A stretch of DNA of 64,000 nucleotides, taken from the NCBI RefSeq assembly GCF_009914755.1, contig NC_060935.1, one strand, 5' to 3'. Within the stretch, counting starts at the first letter, position 1, and each line of letters begins with the position of its first letter. The notes under the pieces are model-generated. The model did not search any database, had not been told where the DNA came from, and worked only from the letters and a program-made list of their open reading frames with translations. This document shows positions 11,812 through 25,110 of the stretch, piece by piece. A program made the position numbers and the translations under genes. Origin of the DNA: the human T2T-CHM13v2.0 reference genome, Homo sapiens.

Positions 11812-14208
11812 TTTTTTTTTAAACTCTCATTTAAGATTCAGGGGTGCACGTGCAGGTTTGTTGTATATGTAAACTCATGTCACGAGGATTTGGTGAATAG
11901 ATTATTTTGTCATCCACATACCAAACATAGTATTTAATAGTTATTTTTTTCTGATCCTCTTTCTTCTCCCACCCTCCACCCTCAGGTAGGCCCCAGTGTA
12001 GTTTCCCATTTTGTGTCCATGTGTTTTCGTTATTTAGCTAACACTTATAAGTGAAAACATGCAGTATTTGATTTTTCTGTTACTGTGTTACTTTGCTAAG
12101 GATAATGGCCTCCAGCTCCATCCATGTCCCTGCAAAGGACATGATCTCATTCTTTTTTATGGCTTCATTTATTCCATGGTGTACATTTACCACAAATTCT
12201 TTATTCAGTCTACTGTTGATGTTTTTGTTATTGTGAATACTGCTACAATGAACATACATGTACATACATGTGCATGTGTCTTTATGGTAGAACAATTTCT
12301 ATTCCTTTGGGTATGAGGCTAGTAATGGGATTGCTGGGTTAAATGGTTGTTCCATTTTTAATTCTTTGAGGAATTGCCACACTGCTTTCTACAATGATTT
12401 AATTAATATGCAGTCCTACCAGTAGTGTATAAATGTTCTCTTTCCTCGGCAGCCTCACCACCATCCAGTATTTTTTTACTTTTAATAATAGCCACTCTGA
12501 CTGGTGGTACCTCATTGTGGTTTTAATTTGCTTTTCTCTAATGATAGTGATATTGAGCATTTTTTCATATGCTTGTTGGCTGCCTGTATGCCTTCTTTTA
12601 AAAAGTGTCTGTTCATGTCCTTTGCCCACTTTTTAATGGGGTTGTTTGTATTTTTCTTGTAAATATGTTTAAGTTCCTTATAGATGGTAGATATTAGGCC
12701 TTTGTCAGACACAGTTTGCAAACATTTTCTCCCATTCTGTAAATTTTCTCTCCACTTTCTTTATAATTTCTTTTGCTTTGCAGACGCTCTTTAGTTTAAT
12801 GAGATCCCGTTTGTCATTCTTTGCTTTTGTTGCAATTGCTTTCGGCATCTTTGTCATGAAATCTTTGCCAGTTTCTATATTGAATATGGTAGTTCTTAGG
12901 TCATTTTCCAGGGTTTTTAACATTTAAGTCTTTAATCTATCTTGGGTTGATATTTGTATGTGGTATAAGAAAGGGGTCCAGTTTCAATCTTCTGCATATG
13001 GCTAGCTAGTCATCCCAGCATCATTTATTGAACAGGGAGTCTTTTCCCCATTGCTTGTTTTTGCCAGCTTTGTTGAAGTCAGATGGCTGTAGGTGTGTGG
13101 CCTTATTTCTGGGCTCTATTCTGTTCTGTTGGTCTATGTGTCTGATTTTGTACCAGTATGATGCTATTTTGGTTACTGTAGCCTTGTAGCATAGTTTGAA
13201 GTTGGGTAATGTGATGCCTCCAGCTTTGTTCTTTTTGCTTAGGATTGCCTTGGATATTTGTGATATTTTTAGATTCCATGCAAATTTTAAAATAGTTTTT
13301 CCTAGTTGTGTGAAGAATGTCCTTCCTAGTTTGATCATAATAGCGTTAAATCTGTAATTTTGGGGAGGCAGTATGGCCATTTTAACAATATTGATTCTTC
13401 CTATTTATGAGCATGGAATGTTTTTCCACTTTTTGGTGTCATCTCTGATTGTTTTTAAGAGTGTTTTATAATTCTCTTTGTAGAGACCTTACACTTCCTG
13501 GTTAGCTGTATTCTCAGGTATTTTATTCTTTTTGAAGCAATTGTGAATGGGATTGCTTTCCTGATTTGGTTCTTGGCTTGGATGTCATTGATGTGTAAGA
13601 ATGCTACTGACTTTTGTATGTTGATTTTTTAGCCTGAGTTTTTGCTGAAGTTTTGATCAGCTCTAGGAGCTTTTGAACAGGGACTATCGGGTTTTCTTGA
13701 TATAGAATCATGTAGTTTGCAAACAGAGATAATTGGACTTCCTCTCTTTTTATCTGATTGACTTTTTATTTCCTTCTCTTGCCTGATTCCTCTGGCCAGG
13801 GCTTCCAATGCTATGTTGATTAGGAGTGGTGAATTTGCTGAGGATTGTTTTACATCTGATTGTGTGGTCAATTTGAAAGTATGTGGTCTGTGGTGATGAG
13901 AAGAATGTATATTCTGTTGTTTTGACATGGAGAGTTCTGTAGATGTCTATTAGGTTCATTTGATGAAATGTTCAGTTCTGGTCCTGAATATCTTTGTTAA
14001 TTTTCTGCCTCAATGATCTAATACTGTCAGTGGGGTGTTGAAGTCTCCACTATTATTGTATGAGAATCTAAGTCTTTTCATAGTTTTCTAAGAATTTGCT
14101 TTGTGAATCTGGGTGTTCCTGTGTTGGATGCATATATATTTAGCATAGTTAGATCTTCTTGTTGTGTTGAATAATTTTTCTTTTATAATGTTTATTGGTT
14201 TAATGTCT
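11812..14208 (-). mobile_element. L1PA (older, L1PA13-16-like), 5'-truncated, with internal ORF2 deletion at ~13832
   Basis: ORF track gives decayed ORF2 peptides ([31 protein letters not shown]); possible TSD gtcaattct at 11802-11810 and 14209-14217. Confidence 0.95.
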
Positions 14209-15259
14209 GTCAATTCTTCTGTTTGTGCTTTAGTTGCTGAACTTTTTATTTTTTGCAATTGAATCATAATCTTTAAATGAATCATTTTAAGATGAATAAT
14301 TCCTTTAATAATGTGAACCTAAATGTCTCAAGCTCCATAAAAAAAGGTAATACTTATTTTAACATATCAAATAAAATCCTTCAATTATTTTATCCTGCTT
14401 TACTGTGGGGAGTCTTGGTTTACTGTTTGCTTATTTGTTTCCATAGTCACCTGCTAAGTATATCTTGGACTAAAACGAAGATATTCCCATCTGTCACAGA
14501 CTTGTCCTGGATATGGGGTCCTCTGCTCCAAATGGCTGCTGCCCACTCTCTCCACAGGCCTTGGCTCTTTTCAGTGCAGTTGTCTTCAAAGTTCCTGGAC
14601 AGGCATCTTCCCTCAGGCTGCCACTGTCCTCTTTATTGCTTTGTCCCGACTGTGGTCACAGGACCTTGCTTTAATTACCCGTAATGATAGCTGAGAGCAG
14701 ATGGTAAATTGTGATGAGGATGAACCAAAGGTTTAGAAATAATCAAGAGAAGTACAACCCAAGAGTATCAGGAGTGATTTATGATTTCATATAAGCCCAT
14801 AGATTCCTCCCATTCCTATGGGTTCCTATAGAATGTAGAACTTTTTTTTATGAAAGGTGTTAGCTTATGCCTACTTCTTCATGGCTCTTTCTACTAGGCG
14901 TTATCAATGTCTTAATTGTGTAAATATGAAAGATAAGAAATAGTATATTACTACATTTTAACTTACATTTTAAAAGCTTTGGATTAATTTAAAAATTTCA
15001 GCACACTATCAAAATATTTATTTTTACATGATATGTATCCTCTTCATCTTTGTTTAATTTGTACTGTCTTTTTAGCCCTTTTGTACATTATGATTCTAAT
15101 TTATTTTATTGTCTATTTATATTCTACCAAATTCCCATAAACTCGTAGCTTAACCCCCAAATTAGAAAATTACCAATAACTTGAATTTCCTAGGTATCCC
15201 TCTATCATATCAGCATCTAGACTCCCTCCGACAGATAATCATTATTGTTGCACAAACTA

Positions 15260-15378
15260 TTATCTGTCCTTCTACAGTCATATTCTCTCTTCTTACAGTA
15301 ATAGAGTTTAAAATAGGCATTCAGATATCCAGCTAAAATACATCACTCTCAATCTGGCTGGAATAGCCACATGACTAA
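15260..15378 (+). mobile_element. Old MaLR (MLT1-type) LTR fragment
   Basis: ccagctaaaatacat...gccacatgactaa motif. Confidence 0.4.
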
Positions 15379-15379
15379 T

Positions 15380-16915
15380 TAATTTTTTAGGTATAAAATA
15401 TAAAGTGAAAAGATTAGGTTTTAAGCATAAAACATAGTTTTGACAAATGCTAAGGCTTGTATAATCTGTACACTTACAAGACAGAGAATATTTTCATCAT
15501 CCCAGTGAGTTACCTTGTGCCCCTTGCAAGGTAATCTATACCCACATCAAAACAACCAGTGATGTAACTTTTACTGCCATACCTTAATTCCCTTTCTTCT
15601 AGAATTTATATAAATGTGCATACTTTTTTGTGTAGGCCTTCTTCCATATAAGTTTTTGAGATTGCCTTTTATCTCAGTAGTTTGTTATTTTCTTTGCTGA
15701 GCAGTATTTCATTGTATGAATATACCACAATTCTTTATTCAATCTCCTATTGATGGATAGACACCTGGCCTGTTTATAGTTTTTACCTATTATGAATAAA
15801 GTGCCAATGAAGATTGTTATACAAAGCTTACTATATATACATAGTTTCATCTTTCTTGAATAAATAGCCAGAGAGAGGGGATTCCTGATTCTTAGGGTAG
15901 ATACAGCTCCTTAAATAAATTGCAAAATATTTTTTCCAAAGTTTTTTTTAATATATTTTGCCTGCCCATCGACAATATATGAGAGTTCTGATAATATTGC
16001 ATTAGGGATCAATAACCTCTTCCTGTAAGGGGGTAGCTAATAATTTTTTTTGTCTTTGTGAGCTATACAGCCTCTATAGCAACTGAAAGCATCTACAGAG
16101 AATACATAAATAAATGGGCATTGCTGTGTTCTAATAAAACTTCCTTTATATTAAGAAAACAGTCCACAAAGAGATTTTTATCCTGTGTCACATTTGACGC
16201 CCCTCACTCTGCATCATCTCCAACATTTGGTGTCATCAATATTTTTTATTTTAGTCATGCAAGTAGATGTGATTCTTACTTTGCATTCCTCTGATAACTA
16301 ATGATGTTGAAAATAAAATCATAGGCTTATTGGCCATTCAGTCACCTTGCTTTCTGAAATGTCAGTTCAAATTTGAGTATCATTTTTATTGTATTATTTA
16401 TCATTTTATTGTGGAAAGCAGATAAGTCTTTTCTTAGTGTATGTTTATGAATATTTTCTTTTCTCCCGTTATGTGGCTTGGCTATTTGTTTTCTTAGTGG
16501 TACCTCTTAGTGAGCAAATGTTTTACATTTTCAAAAGTACAAATATATTATCATTTATATATGTATATATTTATAATGCTTTTCTTAGTGTTTTCTGTTT
16601 TTCCTTTGTGAAATCTTTGCTCACTTATGATTTGTGAAGATATTTTCCAATTTTTTTCTAGAATTTTTATAGTTTGGTTTTTACATGTAAGTCTATAATC
16701 CAACAATGTTAAATAGAAGTCGTTAAAGCAGACGTTCTTGTCTCATATCTGAACTTAAAGGTAACAAGTGTCTTTCATTATGAGCTATAATTTTTTTGAA
16801 AATGCCATTTATAAAATTGAAAATGTTCTATTTTATTATATTCTTATGTTGTTGATAGTTTTTATCATCAATCAATGTTGAATATTGTCAAATGTTTTCT
16901 CTTTATCTGCGAACA
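15380..16915 (-). mobile_element. Ancient L1 (L1MD/L1ME-type) 3' region, interrupted by MER58A
   Basis: gagaatattttcatcatcccag, gcagtatttcattgtatgaatataccaca, ctgataactaatgatgttga motifs. Confidence 0.8.
16003..16205 (+). mobile_element. MER58A (hAT-Charlie MITE)
   Basis: ttcctgtaagggg...taaatgggcattgctgtgttctaataaaactt matches the MER58A body. Confidence 0.8.
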
Positions 16916-18351
16916 TAATTACAGCTAGGAAATGCAAAAACTGGAATTAAAACTGAAGTATTCTATCACTAGGGCCTACAATCTTAATGTATATAATAAG
17001 TGATAAATTTGAAAAAAATATCACTGAGAATATATACAATATGTAGTCACATGTTTCGGAGCCTCATATGACCAAAGGAAGGACACAGACAAGACCTTTT
17101 GAATCAGTACATAAAATAATTTTATTCAAGTTGAACATTCAACTCCAAGATATCCCTGGAGTTATCCAAAAAGAGGCTGAGAACACACAACAACAAAAAA
17201 AGTCATAACAATGTCAGAAGTAAATAGAAATGTTGAAGGTATGATGTGTAAATTCCTTTCTGTTTCTGAGTTTAAATGAGTAAATATTGTAAATATAAAG
17301 AAAGTACCATGTGTGCATGATTTACTAGCATAGAATTGCTAGCGTGACTCAGTTCTTCAATCCGTCACTACAGCTGTGAGTAAGACAATGATTTCTCTAT
17401 AATTTCTCTCTTCAGTATCTTTACACTCTGTCATTAAAATCGGCCAATAAGCAGCAGAGACTGACTTTAGCGAGTAAAATTCAAGTTGAAAATGAGATGA
17501 ACAAGGACCAGTTCAGTACTCAGTTGTTATTGAAATTAACAATGACACTTAAGCTAATGTCTTGATGTTCTGCTGCTGATAAAAGATGTAACAATTTTTC
17601 AACAGTTGTTTAAGAGGACCTCAGGAAATACACACCATCAGCTTCACAAAAATGAATACTCATTATGAACTTCAGATAATTCTATCTCTGGATGCACCGA
17701 GTATATAGACTAAATATACTTGTCATTTGCATGTGTGTTTCAAGCTAATATCACCTGCATTCTAAACCGCAGGACAGGATTCAACTTCAGTGGCCTTCCC
17801 ATGGTCAACATTTTCCTCATCAGAAATTATTCTGAAACTTTACAGAGTCTTGTCACTACCATATCTGCCTTGTTATTTTATTTATTTATTAATAACAAAC
17901 AATATGTTAAAGGCAGTTCTTTTTGAAAAAAATTAATTTCAGACACATAAGTAGTTTTCTGATGGGGAAGGCTCACTGTATTACTGGTAATACTCCTAAA
18001 TATTTATGCTGCATATGGTAAATAAAACACATTGTATGAACTGATTGATGCAGAGAAAATATAATTGCAACATTAGGTTTTTAAAAAGGCAGGGAACATA
18101 TAATGTCTAAAATTTCATGCTAAAATAATAGACTTTATCTACTAATAGATACATATTAGAATAAGTACTTACTCAGTTTTTACAGATACTAAATGCTGGA
18201 TTTATTGACTTCAGATGCCATGCAATCAGTAGCATATATTGATCAGCAGCATACAAAATAATAATAAATATAATAATCATTGAGATAATTTCAAAAGGCT
18301 ATGTTATCTGTACTTTAGTGTGTGAAAATCAACCAAACTAAACACTGAAGT

Positions 18352-18978
18352 CAGAGTTTCAAAGAGAAATCTGCATTCTCATGTTCAGTGAAGCATTATT
18401 CACCATAACCAAGATATGGAATCAACTTAAGTGTCCATCAATGGATGAATGGGTAAAGAAAGTGTGGTACATATACACAATATACTATTCATCCTTAAAA
18501 AAGAATAAAATTCTGTCATTTGCAAAAACATTGATGAACCTGGAGGACATTAAATTAAGTGAAATAAGTAAGGCTCAGAAAGACAAATAACACATGATCT
18601 CACTTATACATGGAACTAAAAAAAATTTAACCCAAAGAAGTAGAGAGTAGAATAGTGGTTACTAGGCATTGGAGGTGGGTGGAGAGTTGGGGAAATGTTT
18701 GTTAAAGGAGACACAATTTTGGTTGGTTAGGAGAAATAATTTCAAGAGATATACTTTACAACATAGTGGCTATAATAAATGACAATATATTTTTAAAATC
18801 ACTAAGAAAATAGATTTTAAGTGCTTTTACCAAAAAATGATAAGTATCTGAGGTCATACATACATTAATTAACTCAAATAAGCCATTTCACAGTGTATAT
18901 GTATGTAATGTAAAACATTGTTTTGTACACAATAAATGAAAATATAATTTCAATTTGTCAATTAAAAACAAAATAAAT
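18352..18978 (+). mobile_element. L1MA-type 3' end
   Basis: ORF2 C-terminal peptide (ALFTITKIWNQLKCPSMDEW) followed by L1MA 3' UTR and A-rich end. Confidence 0.92.
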
Positions 18979-19894
18979 ATTATAAATATGAATATTTGAA
19001 TGTTATTGTACTTAAAGTACAATTGTAAGTAATTATAAATGTTGAACAATTAAGAAGTTAAAATCTATGAGAGAAATATGATTGCTCAAATAATTATGTG
19101 TCTGGCTTTTAAGACTTTATCTTAGAGTAAGCAAAAATATATTTTTACATTTGGAAACAGATGTTAACAGTATGCATTAAGAATTGATATTTTAAAAATT
19201 GTTCTTACTTAAAAAATGAAGAAATATTTTGACCTTACAATAATTATTACCATATTACCTAGAGCGATAGTTTTAGGTAACAAAATAAAAGAAATAGTAA
19301 AATGAAAAAAAATCAACAAATAACTAAAAACATCACGAAATATTTGACCTCTTTGGTCCTCACTCATGCCAAATGTTACAAGCATAATAATTTTATATTA
19401 ACTTTAATGTTTGGTTACCTATGCCCAGGTTCTAACCTGATCTAACATTCTTAGAGCACAATTTTACAACTATATGCATTATAACTGCTTTAATGTTTCA
19501 TGTGTCATTATAATACAATCCCAAGTTATACAGAACACCAAGAACAGTTCAAAATATGCTGTACCTTTTTTGCTCATTAATAATCTAATAACATGATGTA
19601 CTCTGTTTACCCAACTTTGAAAATAACTCTCTTAAGAATCATCTCACTTACAATCCAAAACTTTCTCATTGATTTAACCACTAATACCTTCTCATTCTCA
19701 GTTTCATCTACTCTTGGGAATTAAAAATTTCTGTAAAACCTAATCAGCACCTATGGGCTAACTTCTTGACAGGGTGAGATAATTATGGCTATATCAATCT
19801 TTTACACATTTGGAATAATATCAGTGTGATTTAATATCCATGTGATTGGATTCAGTATTTGGAGAGTGCATATGAGCAACATTGCTCTTTTGTG

Positions 19895-20210
19895 TCAAAT
19901 TGTCAGTTGAACACCTGATCTGTTTCAGCACTGTGCTAGGCATCAAAAGAAGTCTCAAAGGACATTTAACCTTCTGGGGAAGACAAATATCTATAAATCT
20001 TCGGATGAAGCAATGTCTTAAGAATTATAGTAATGATGTTAGAAAACTATTCAAATATAAAGAAAGCAAAAGTGTCACTAAGGAGATGTTATTTAACCTA
20101 GATTTCTGGGTTAAGTAGGATTTTGCCAGAGAAAAGAGTGTTGAAGGTAAGGTGGAATAGAGTATTTCTAGGAGAAAGCATAGCAGATAAAAAGGCACAA
20201 GGATGAAAAT
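19895..20210 (-). mobile_element. L2 fragment
   Basis: ttgaacacct...cagcactgtgctaggc...taggattttgccag...aaaggcacaagg. Confidence 0.7.
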
Positions 20211-21464
20211 CTATTGTTATCATGGTATGTTCATACAGATGCCACTATTATTCCACAATAACCATATTGTTGCAATCAGCAGTCACTTTTATCCAGGTTT
20301 AGATGTAACTCAATTAATTTTTTCATCTGCTTTCACACTTTTGAATCTGCACTACTTAGCAGATGCTCTGCACTGTTGTCTTGACACCTATACTTTTATA
20401 ACAATTGAAACATGAAGACAAAAGTTCTGAACAAAGTGAAAAATTGCATTCTTTTCAAAATGTTGCCCTGTTCAACCAATTAATGATAATAAATGCGATG
20501 TTGGTGTGAAGTTTTGGCCAATTTCAGACTAATACTTAACATGTGTGTTTTTTTGTTTTCTTGTATAATTGAACCAATTATGTTAACTAAATTCAAGAAC
20601 ATCATTGAGGCTTCTAATACTAGAGATATGTGATGAACTACAATTCTAGTCCTATATCAGCTTTCAGCATTGCCTGACATAAAAACAGCCACCATCTTGA
20701 CCTTTCCGTATATTGATTTGGGCAGTAGACCGTGCACAAAAGATAACACAGCCAGACAACTAATCACAGAAGCATTTTAACCAGAATTAATAGGTGTTTC
20801 ATCAAGCAAATCCCAATTTCTAATGTGGTAAAAATGATAGCTAATATTAACAGGCGCCAAACAATAACAAAACAGGAGTTTAGACCTCATTAATACTGTG
20901 AAAATATCCTTGCTGCTCAGACAGCAGAAGAGATACATACCTCATGCTTTTTCCACTTCATCTTCTCCATGTTTCTTGATAATACAATAGTCAGAAGTTT
21001 CCTTCCTTTAAGTGGGATATTTGCAGGGATGGATTTGGTTTGTAGAGACACAGAGGCTTGAGATTTCCAGCAGCAAGAGAGTTGAATGATGGCAAAAGTG
21101 TAAAAAGTCTTAACAGTTACCAGCTGTGCAATTGCCCACAAATGCTCACATTCCCACTGCTAATGCCAATATTGTCCTCAATTCAGGTAACTAAATGCAT
21201 TTTGATGGTTTTAAAATTAGTCTAAATTCTAGATTTTTATTAGACGACCTACGTTCTAGTCTTTGGTGTAACAATTAGCAGTGATGAAAATTTTGTCAAC
21301 ATTTCCTACTCTATCTCAATTTTCTCCTCTAAAACTAGTTTAGTAACAACTTACCTCTCAGGTAAAACTGGTTCATTTTGGGAATCCAGAAATATAATAA
21401 TCGTTGAGATTGTTCATTTGTGTTTTCTATGAAAAATATATATGACTTTGTATTATGTATACAG

Positions 21465-21465
<1 letters not shown>

Positions 21466-21491
<26 letters not shown>
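21466..21491. repeat. (CA)n microsatellite
   Basis: direct reading. Confidence 0.95.
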
Positions 21492-21496
<5 letters not shown>

Positions 21497-22689
21497 GGAA
21501 GTTTTGCTTTGTCCTAGAAAGAATTATATTGGGGTTCTGACGAATGCCAATCTAAAACATGCAGAGGAGTAAGGTAGGAATCAGGCAATTCATGATTAAA
21601 ATGTATTTAGGTAACCTAGCTTGTACTCAGCTACAAAGAATATTCAACAGTGAAATTTGTAGTACAAGATCATTAAAAAGTAAGAGGTGTACATAAGTGA
21701 AAAAATCTTGAAAATCTTGAAGGATATCCTTTAACCATGGTTACCTCAGGACACAGAATTCTCTGCTACAAAATTCACACAAAGCTATTTAAAGTGAATA
21801 ATAATTAAAAATAAGTAAACCCTAAAAACTGGGGAAATCAAAGCTCTTAAAGGCAAAGCAATTTATCTATCATTACAAATCAAATTAATAATGAAACAGA
21901 AAGAATTCTAATATACTGTTTTCCAATAGAAAGTGCTTCGCACATAGTCACCTTGTGATACCAAATATGAAAATACACAATTCTGTAAACAGTCAAGTAG
22001 AATTTTGATTGGCTAAACAGAGAAGTGCAGAAATAAAATAAATATTAGCATTAATGTGAATTCATAGCTTAAAGTTATTAGAGAAAAGTAACTATGATTT
22101 ATTGTAATTGTTAATATAAAAGCTATCAATGTACAAGGTATCAGTTGCTATTCTCATAATCATGAATGTAATTATATATTCTTCATAAAAATGTGACTTC
22201 TTTCAGAACAAATATTAATTTAATAATTTATATTTATTACACAATTTAGGATAATTGCTTTAATTAATTTTTGTTGTAAACTCAAAATTAAAATATCATA
22301 GCTTAATGTATAATGGCTAACTTAATAAATAATTTAAAACCATCTTACCCACAATGGAATTCTATGAAAATTAATGAATAAACCTGTCCTAAGTGTACTG
22401 TCAAATACTTTATGTATATAGTTATATATTATATATGAATTTTGCCTAAATTCAGATTTATATTATAAAATAAAAAAAGATTTATAATATAAATCTGTAT
22501 TTATATTATAAAATATATATGGAGAATGAGAAAAAATTTAGTTCACCAATGACAGGAAAGTTTGTCTTTAATTTTTCATGTTTGTTTCTAACATTTATTA
22601 TTTATTTTAAGGATTAAAAGGCACATATTTTTCTTGTGGAAACTCTTGGAAAATATAAAAACACAACTACAGAATGTGGTTCTTTCTCA

Positions 22690-22980
22690 ATGTCTCCTTT
22701 TTTCAATGAGTGCCAACACCAAAAACTAGAGAGACATCTTTGACCCTTTGACCCTCATTCCCATTACATAATTTAATAACAAGTTTTACTGAATGAACTT
22801 TTACAATATATATTTACTCACTGGTTTCTATGCTGGTTTTCACATGTTACACTGAGCTAGCAAAATTTATGAGCTTAACTTGTCTTACTGATCCTAGTCA
22901 TGGATTATCCAGGCATTTATCTCATTAACAGCCAGATTCAATATTTTTAAAGGCAAAAATAAACCATGAAGTTAAAAATC
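22690..22980 (+). mobile_element. L2 fragment
   Basis: ccaaaaactagagagacatctttgac...aacaagtttt resembles the L2 body. Confidence 0.5.
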
Positions 22981-23204
22981 ATTTAAAATTGTACTTTATA
23001 TAAGTAATATATAGTACTTATTATATAAAAACATTTATTCTATATACTATATTATATATAATACAGTTACATGTTACTTATGTTGTCTCATATGTTACTG
23101 AAGTCACTTTTTGGATTTCAGCAGGTCACTTAGTAACTTCAGGCTCCTGAATGGTTAAGTAAAAAATACCTGAAATAAAAAGACTAAATTAAAACTATGG
23201 TTAA

Positions 23205-23370
23205 TATTTGACCTTAGTCAATTTACTTTAACAATTTGTATCTTATTTTCATCGTAAAAATGATTATAATTATAGTACCTACCTCATAATGGTGTGAAGT
23301 TTAAGGGTAACATTATAATAATCAAGCTTATAACAATGCCTGTCATAGAGTAAATAGCATAATTGTTAGA
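23205..23370 (+). mobile_element. MIR
   Basis: tgaccttagtcaatttactt...gtaaaaatg...atagtacctacctcata...aatgcctgtcatagagtaa. Confidence 0.75.
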
Positions 23371-23885
23371 CATCATTTCTTCACCTACCAAAGTCTCTGA
23401 AGTAGAATATCTCTAATGTTCTTCCAACACCAGCTTCCTAAGTTTATAATTCTACTTTGTTTTGTTCTCTCTACAATAGTTTTCACCTACTATATTTTAA
23501 GGTAGTTTTCCTATGAGCCACATATTATTTAAATACTGTATATGTTTATTTTGTATTGCATATTTCGCAAACTTTGATTTACTAACACAGATTCTATTGT
23601 TTTTAGTTCCATATTCATATAACATACAAGTCCACAACATCAGTTTTTAAGATAATTGTACTTACTTGTGTTCTAAATATTGTAAGTTAAGATGGGTTCT
23701 TCTTTAATTTTAAACTTTGAATCAAAGTTTCTTAGCTTGTCATTTCAGTGAGAACATTGGGCTCCAAGTTTTTTAAGAACAGAGAGACAGAGAGAGAAAG
23801 CTAGAGCAATGTGCTTTTTTTTTTTTTTTTCAAATTTGTGTTCTGTTCTCTTTCTTACCATCTTTATTTACGCTAAGGTAGGGAG

Positions 23886-24216
23886 GATAACTACATTGTG
23901 TTTCCACAACATTTATATGTTGTGAATCCCCAATGTGACTGGATTTGGACATAGGGTCAATAAAGAAGTAATTATAGCTAAATGAGGTCATAAGGGCTAG
24001 CACTCTTATAAAAAGAGGAAAGACACCAAAGCATTTTCACTTTGTCACATGAGGACACAACAAGAAGGCAGCCCATCTGCAAACCATGAAGAGAACCCTC
24101 AATAGAAACAAACCCTGCTGAAGTCTATCTTGGACTTATAGCATCCAGAATTGTGAGAAGTAAATATCTCTTGTTGAAATCAATATTTTGTTATAGTAGC
24201 TTGACAGACTAATGTA
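23886..24216 (+). mobile_element. MaLR solo LTR, MLT1A/B-like
   Basis: ccccaatgtgact...aaatgaggtcataaggg...gaggacacaacaagaaggcagcc...tcttggactt...ccagaattgtgagaa. Confidence 0.85.
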
Positions 24217-24476
24217 ACATTGTACACTTTTCAAGTTATTAATAATATTTATAAAAAATTCTTTTCATGCCAGATAATTCTTAGTCTCACCCTGCCATAA
24301 CTTTAGTAAATATATTTGTTGTTTTTGTTTTCAGATCATAAGAATATTTTTGAAAAACATGATTTTCCATATCTTTTTCTCCAATCACATATTTCCCTTT
24401 AATGGTTTAGGATGAGTCAAAGTTCTTATTTTTTAAAGATGTGTTATTATATATACTTTTATATATATAAAATATG

Positions 24477-24481
<5 letters not shown>

Positions 24482-24530
<49 letters not shown>
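24482..24530. repeat. Pure (TA)n microsatellite, ~24 units
   Basis: direct reading. Confidence 0.97.
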
Positions 24531-24535
<5 letters not shown>

Positions 24536-24999
24536 TTTTGCATAACATCCATTCTCAGGAAACATTATTATACTCCTAAATAGATAAATTGAAGATTCTA
24601 GTAAACACATTGAAAAGTATATGGATGAATATATAGAGCCAAATACTTATTCTTAACATTATTGCATAATGAGAGGAATGCAGAAAATATAAATTACATT
24701 TAACTTACAAAAAATTGTGAAAGGAGTTTAGGCAGAGTATTACCTTACTAATAGCCACTTCTATGCTCTACAGAACTTATTTAGACAAAGTGTGAAGGGT
24801 CCTTGTAATTTAATATAACCCAGAATGACAAAAAACACTTGGTGATCTTCTTTGTATAGCATAGAAGGAAGCTGCCTTCTATTTCTGTAGAATACTGAAA
24901 TATTCTGTAAATATTTTGTAGAATGCTGTGTCAAGCACGTGATTGATTTTTTTTTTTGTATTTTTGTCTTCATTTCTACCTTATGAATAAGATGCTATG

Positions 25000-25110
25000 T
25001 ATTCAGGATGAGAAAAAAAAAGACTAAAAAGTTCATCAATTTGCCTGGTGTCACACAGCTATTACGTCCTAGAGCGAGAAATCAAATTAAAGCAGTTGAC
25101 TCAAGAACTC
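25000..25110 (-). mobile_element. MIR fragment
   Basis: caggatgagaaaa...aatttgcctggtgtcacacagcta. Confidence 0.65.

Noticed and set aside
14277-14684. 135-aa ORF in unique DNA
   Set aside because: No recognisable homology, codon pattern or exon context; an ORF of this length is plausible by chance in 64 kb.
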